From Deltaproteobacteria bacterium RIFCSPLOWO2_12_FULL_60_19 (lineage in GTDB: Bacteria; Desulfobacterota; Binatia; UBA9968), in NCBI GenBank assembly GCA_001798595.1, contig MGSS01000037.1:33477-97476 (forward strand): 64,000 nucleotides of DNA. The letters are read 5' to 3'. The notes below the pieces were generated by a model. The model was not told the origin of the DNA. It made no database searches and saw nothing but the letters and a program-made list of their open reading frames with translations. Both the position numbers and the translations under genes were made by a program. Position 1 is the first letter of the stretch. Every line of letters starts with the position of its first letter. Of the stretch, positions 60,616 through 64,000 are shown one piece after another.

Positions 60616-62661
60616 GCTTTGCAAAAGCATTTTTAGTTCCTCCCACTCCGTAACCGGCGCGGAACAGGTGAAATTGTGGCAGACGTAGACGGTCGGCTTG
60701 CCGTCTCTTTGGGTTTTGCCTTGGAGAAGCGGCGATAGCTTCCCGGCGGGGGCGCCTGGCGCGACGATCTGGATCGTCTTGTTGGGCAGGTAGAGCGAAT
60801 GAATCTTCCTTAGCAACTCTTGTTCGCCCGCGCCGTTTTTGTCTCCCACCAAGACGATCTCTCTGGGTTTCTCTAAATAAAAATCGAGCGCCGCGACCAT
60901 GTGGGCAAAGCCGAAAGGCTGGGCTTCCATAGCGTCGTAGTAAAGCCGCAGGATTTTCTCCGCCCGCTTCAGAAAACCCTCCTCGCCGGTGTAGTGGTGG
61001 AGTCGCAGTAACAGCTGGGCGGCCGTGGAATTTCCCGACGGAATGGAGCTGTCGAAGGCCGGTTTGGTGCGGCTGATCAACTTCTCGTGCGATTTTCCCG
61101 TGTAGAAAAAGCCGCCGTCGATATCGTCCCAGAACTCCCGGATCATGATGCCCGCGAGCTCGATCGATCGTTCCAAGTTCGAGCGCTCCAGCGTCGCCTC
61201 ATAGAGATCGAGCAGGCCCGTGGCTACGAAGGCGTAGTCGTCGAGGTAACCGGGAAGCATTGCCTTGCCGTCTTTGTAGGTGTGCAGAAGAAGGCCGTCT
61301 TTGAACATCCGCCTGAAGATAAAGTCCACGGTTTTCTCCGCAGCCCCAAGGCAATCCGGCGCCGCTAAAATTTTCCCGGCTTCCGCCAAGCCCGAAAGCA
61401 TCAGGCCGTTCCAGGACGTAAGGACTTTCTCATCGCGGAACGGCTTCACCCGCTTTTCCCGCTCCACAAAGAGCCTGGCCTTAGCCTCGGCGATTAAGGT
61501 CTTAACCTGGGCCCCCTCCTTGCGGAAAAGCTTCGCCGCCTGCTCGACGGTCAAGGTTGGATGGAGAATGTTTTTCTCCTCGAAGTTGCCCAACTCGGTC
61601 ACGTCGTAAACGCGGCAAAAAATCTCTCCGGCCTCCTCCCCTACGATTCGCGTCACCTCATCCTCAGTCCAGACGAAGAATTTCCCCTCGTCTCCTTCGC
61701 TGTCGGCATCCTGGGTGGAATAGAAACCCCCCTCCGGACCCCGCATCTCGCGGAGCAGATAGGCAACTGTCTCCTCGACGGTCCTCTTGAACAACGCCGC
61801 CAGCGTGATGGTATACGCCTGGGCATAGACGCGGAGCAGTTGGGCGTTGTCGTAGAGCATTTTCTCGAAATGGGGCACCAGCCACTTTTCATCGACGGAA
61901 TAGCGGTGAAAGCCGCCGCCCAGGTGATCGTAAATTCCCCCCTCGGCCATGCTGGTGAGCGTGTGCGCGACCATTTCGAGAAAACGCGGGCTTTTGGATT
62001 TGCGCCAGTGGCGCAGAAACAGCTCGTAAACTCCGACGTTTGGAAATTTGGGCGCCCGGCCCAGGCCGCCGTGGTCCGGGTCGTAAGCCTCCGTAAGCTT
62101 CTCGGCGCTCTGCGCGATGATGTCGGGAGAAAACGAACGGCGGCTCTCCTCGACGCTGCCGAGGCGTTTTAATACGCCGAGAATCTGCTCGACGCTCTTC
62201 TCCACCTCGTGCGGCCGCTCACGGTAGGCCTGAGCTACGGCTCTCAGCACTCTGGGAAAGCCCGGTGCGCCATAGCGGTCTTCCGGCGGGAAATAGGTGC
62301 CGCCGAAGAACGGCTTACCCTCCGGCGTCAGAAAAACGGTCATCGGCCAGCCGCCGCGTCCCGTCAGCATCTGCACGGCGTTCATGTAGATATCGTCGAG
62401 ATCGGGCCGCTCCTCGCGGTCCACTTTAATGCTGACGAAGTTTTCGTTCATCACTGCGGCGATCTCTTCGCTCTCGAACGACTCCTTCTCCATCACGTGG
62501 CACCAGTGACAGGCGGAGTAGCCGATACTCAAGAGAACAGGCTTGTTTTCGGATTTCGCCTTCCGAAAGGCCTCTGTACTCCAGGGGTGCCAATCGACCG
62601 GGTTGTGCGCGTGCTGCAGAAGGTACGGGCTGGTTTCGTGGATCAGGCGGTTGGTATGCAC
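60613..62661 (-). CDS. Thioredoxin-domain protein YyaL/SSP411 (DUF255 + six-hairpin glycosidase-like)
   Basis: [43 protein letters not shown]. Confidence 0.93.
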   Translation of the reverse strand: MHTNRLIHETSPYLLQHAHNPVDWHPWSTEAFRKAKSENKPVLLSIGYSACHWCHVMEKESFESEEIAAVMNENFVSIKVDREERPDLDDIYMNAVQMLTGRGGWPMTVFLTPEGKPFFGGTYFPPEDRYGAPGFPRVLRAVAQAYRERPHEVEKSVEQILGVLKRLGSVEESRRSFSPDIIAQSAEKLTEAYDPDHGGLGRAPKFPNVGVYELFLRHWRKSKSPRFLEMVAHTLTSMAEGGIYDHLGGGFHRYSVDEKWLVPHFEKMLYDNAQLLRVYAQAYTITLAALFKRTVEETVAYLLREMRGPEGGFYSTQDADSEGDEGKFFVWTEDEVTRIVGEEAGEIFCRVYDVTELGNFEEKNILHPTLTVEQAAKLFRKEGAQVKTLIAEAKARLFVEREKRVKPFRDEKVLTSWNGLMLSGLAEAGKILAAPDCLGAAEKTVDFIFRRMFKDGLLLHTYKDGKAMLPGYLDDYAFVATGLLDLYEATLERSNLERSIELAGIMIREFWDDIDGGFFYTGKSHEKLISRTKPAFDSSIPSGNSTAAQLLLRLHHYTGEEGFLKRAEKILRLYYDAMEAQPFGFAHMVAALDFYLEKPREIVLVGDKNGAGEQELLRKIHSLYLPNKTIQIVAPGAPAGKLSPLLQGKTQRDGKPTVYVCHNFTCSAPVTEWEELKMLLQS

Positions 62662-62703
62662 GTTTCGTTTAGTTTCTGGTAAAGTTGGGAGGGCAGCGGA
62701 TTA

Positions 62704-62828
62704 TCCCTCGCCCCCTTCGGCTTCGAAGTGAACGCCGCCGGCCGTTCGAAGAGCCCGCGCATCCGATACCGACGGTGGGAATAAGCAGCGACCCATTGCG
62801 CGGGCTCGGAGAGCGGGTGGCGGCATGC
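62704..62828 (+). repeat. Family-B hairpin copy 2 plus left stub of family E
   Basis: Reverse complement aligns with 37081-37208. Confidence 0.85.
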
Positions 62829-62839
62829 ATTGTCGAGTT

Positions 62840-63832
62840 TTATTTAGCGCCGAGCTGTTTAGCGAAGCCGCTGGTCTCGATCTCCTGGAGAAAAGAATTC
62901 TCTATAATCTCGTCCGGCTTTACCGCCTTCGCCTTCGGGTTGCTCTCGGCGATCGTGTCGAGCAGAAACTTCATTCCTTTGAGGTTCGTGTACGGGACCG
63001 TCGCCGTCTTCGGCGCGTAGTAATCGTAGGCGGATTGGATGACGTCGGCATCCGTGACGCGCAGGTGCCGCTCCAGGACTTTCAGGCCAAAGGCTCTGTC
63101 GGTCTTGAAGCGGTGAATGCCTTCGACCAGGGCCTTCATGAAGCGGGCCATGAGATCGCGGTTTTTGTCGATGTAAGATTTGGTCGTGCCGATTCCGCTA
63201 TGCTGATAGTCGAGGCCGATGGTGGAATAGTCGAGCAGGGAACGGTAGCCCGATTTTTTTGCGAGATGAGCGAAAGCCTGTTCGAGCAACGTTCCTTGGA
63301 TCGCTCCTTGCGCCACCGCGGCCAGTCGCTCCGCGTTGCCGCCGGTTTGCAGGATCGTCACATCCTTGCCCGGCTTGAGGCCGTTTTTCTCCAACCCCCA
63401 GCGGGCCAGAAAGTCGGCTGATCCGCCAAAGCGCGCGATGCCGATTCTTTTGCCTTTGAGATCCTCGAGTCGCGTGATCTCCTTGGAGACGATCAGCTCG
63501 TACGGAGCGAAGTTAACCATGCCGGCGACCATGACCGCATCTCTGCCCGCGAGGTGAACGTTGATCAGTCCGGACCCGGCGATGCTGATGAGGCCGACCT
63601 CGCCGGCGAGCATCGCGGAGAGCGCGGTGGAAGAGCCGGACATGATGAGCGGCTTCACATCAAGCCCGTGTTTTTTGAAGTAGCCGCCGTCGACACCGGC
63701 CAAGACCGGCGCATTGGAAGGCGTGACCGAGACGAGGCCTACGTAAACGGTCGGAATTTTCTGCGACCAGGCGGGCGCTGGAAAACAGGCGAGCAAAATC
63801 AGGGACGCGGCAATCGCGATGCTGTTTCGCAT
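62840..63832 (-). CDS. ABC transporter substrate-binding protein (NMT1/SsuA/THI5-like)
   Basis: Signal peptide, GYFKKHGLDV, DLKGKRIGIARFGGS; paralog of 25159. Confidence 0.88.
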   Translation of the reverse strand: MRNSIAIAASLILLACFPAPAWSQKIPTVYVGLVSVTPSNAPVLAGVDGGYFKKHGLDVKPLIMSGSSTALSAMLAGEVGLISIAGSGLINVHLAGRDAVMVAGMVNFAPYELIVSKEITRLEDLKGKRIGIARFGGSADFLARWGLEKNGLKPGKDVTILQTGGNAERLAAVAQGAIQGTLLEQAFAHLAKKSGYRSLLDYSTIGLDYQHSGIGTTKSYIDKNRDLMARFMKALVEGIHRFKTDRAFGLKVLERHLRVTDADVIQSAYDYYAPKTATVPYTNLKGMKFLLDTIAESNPKAKAVKPDEIIENSFLQEIETSGFAKQLGAK

Positions 63833-63875
63833 GACGGACCTCCAAGCGTGGGAGCGGTTAGTGGCACACGTAACC

Positions 63876-64000
63876 CTAGCGGAGCTTTAAATCGAACGCC
63901 ACCGGCCCTTTCTCTCCCCGCCGCGTCTGGAACTGAACGGTGTCCCCTTCATTGATGCCGTCGAACTCGACGCGCGGGGCGAGACTGCCGCGGTGGAAGA
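63876..64000 (-). CDS. Cold-shock-domain protein, 3' end only (not in the ORF track)
   Basis: Manual translation FHRGSLAPRVEFDGINEGDTVQFQTRRGEKGPVAFDLKLR* matches the CSD RNP2 and EG..V.F....G.KGP.A pattern. Confidence 0.8.
   Translation of the reverse strand, partial: FHRGSLAPRVEFDGINEGDTVQFQTRRGEKGPVAFDLKLR

Overview
High-GC bacterial chromosome segment containing the replication origin. Gene content and the split F0/F1 ATP synthase suggest a deltaproteobacterial lineage. The many solute-binding proteins and cupins would fit Candidatus Binatia, but that is inference only. Housekeeping blocks: dnaK(partial)-dnaJ-lon-thiL-larB; atpZ-I-B-E and hemL; dnaA-oriC-dnaN (DnaA boxes and DnaA-trios); bactofilin-atpF'FHAGDC; mnmE-mnmG-parA-parB with two parS sites. 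These are interleaved with catabolic and transport genes: benzoate-CoA ligase, aldehyde dehydrogenase, three paralogous bicupins, an EutA-like ATPase without eutBC, three TctC plus TctA/B, and orphan ABC binding proteins. No tRNA, rRNA, CRISPR array or transposase was seen. The most unusual signal is non-coding. Many intergenic spacers hold modular, strand-polar hairpin repeats with compensatory changes and conserved tandem G.A internal loops. These nest inside each other up to three levels deep. Other candidates for undescribed biology are the cupin/EutA-like cluster directly behind atpC, a motif-divergent archease coupled to a Zn-finger protein and an HD hydrolase, and a PIN-type toxin truncated at a REP doublet. 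Product calls come from recognising protein motifs, not from database searches.
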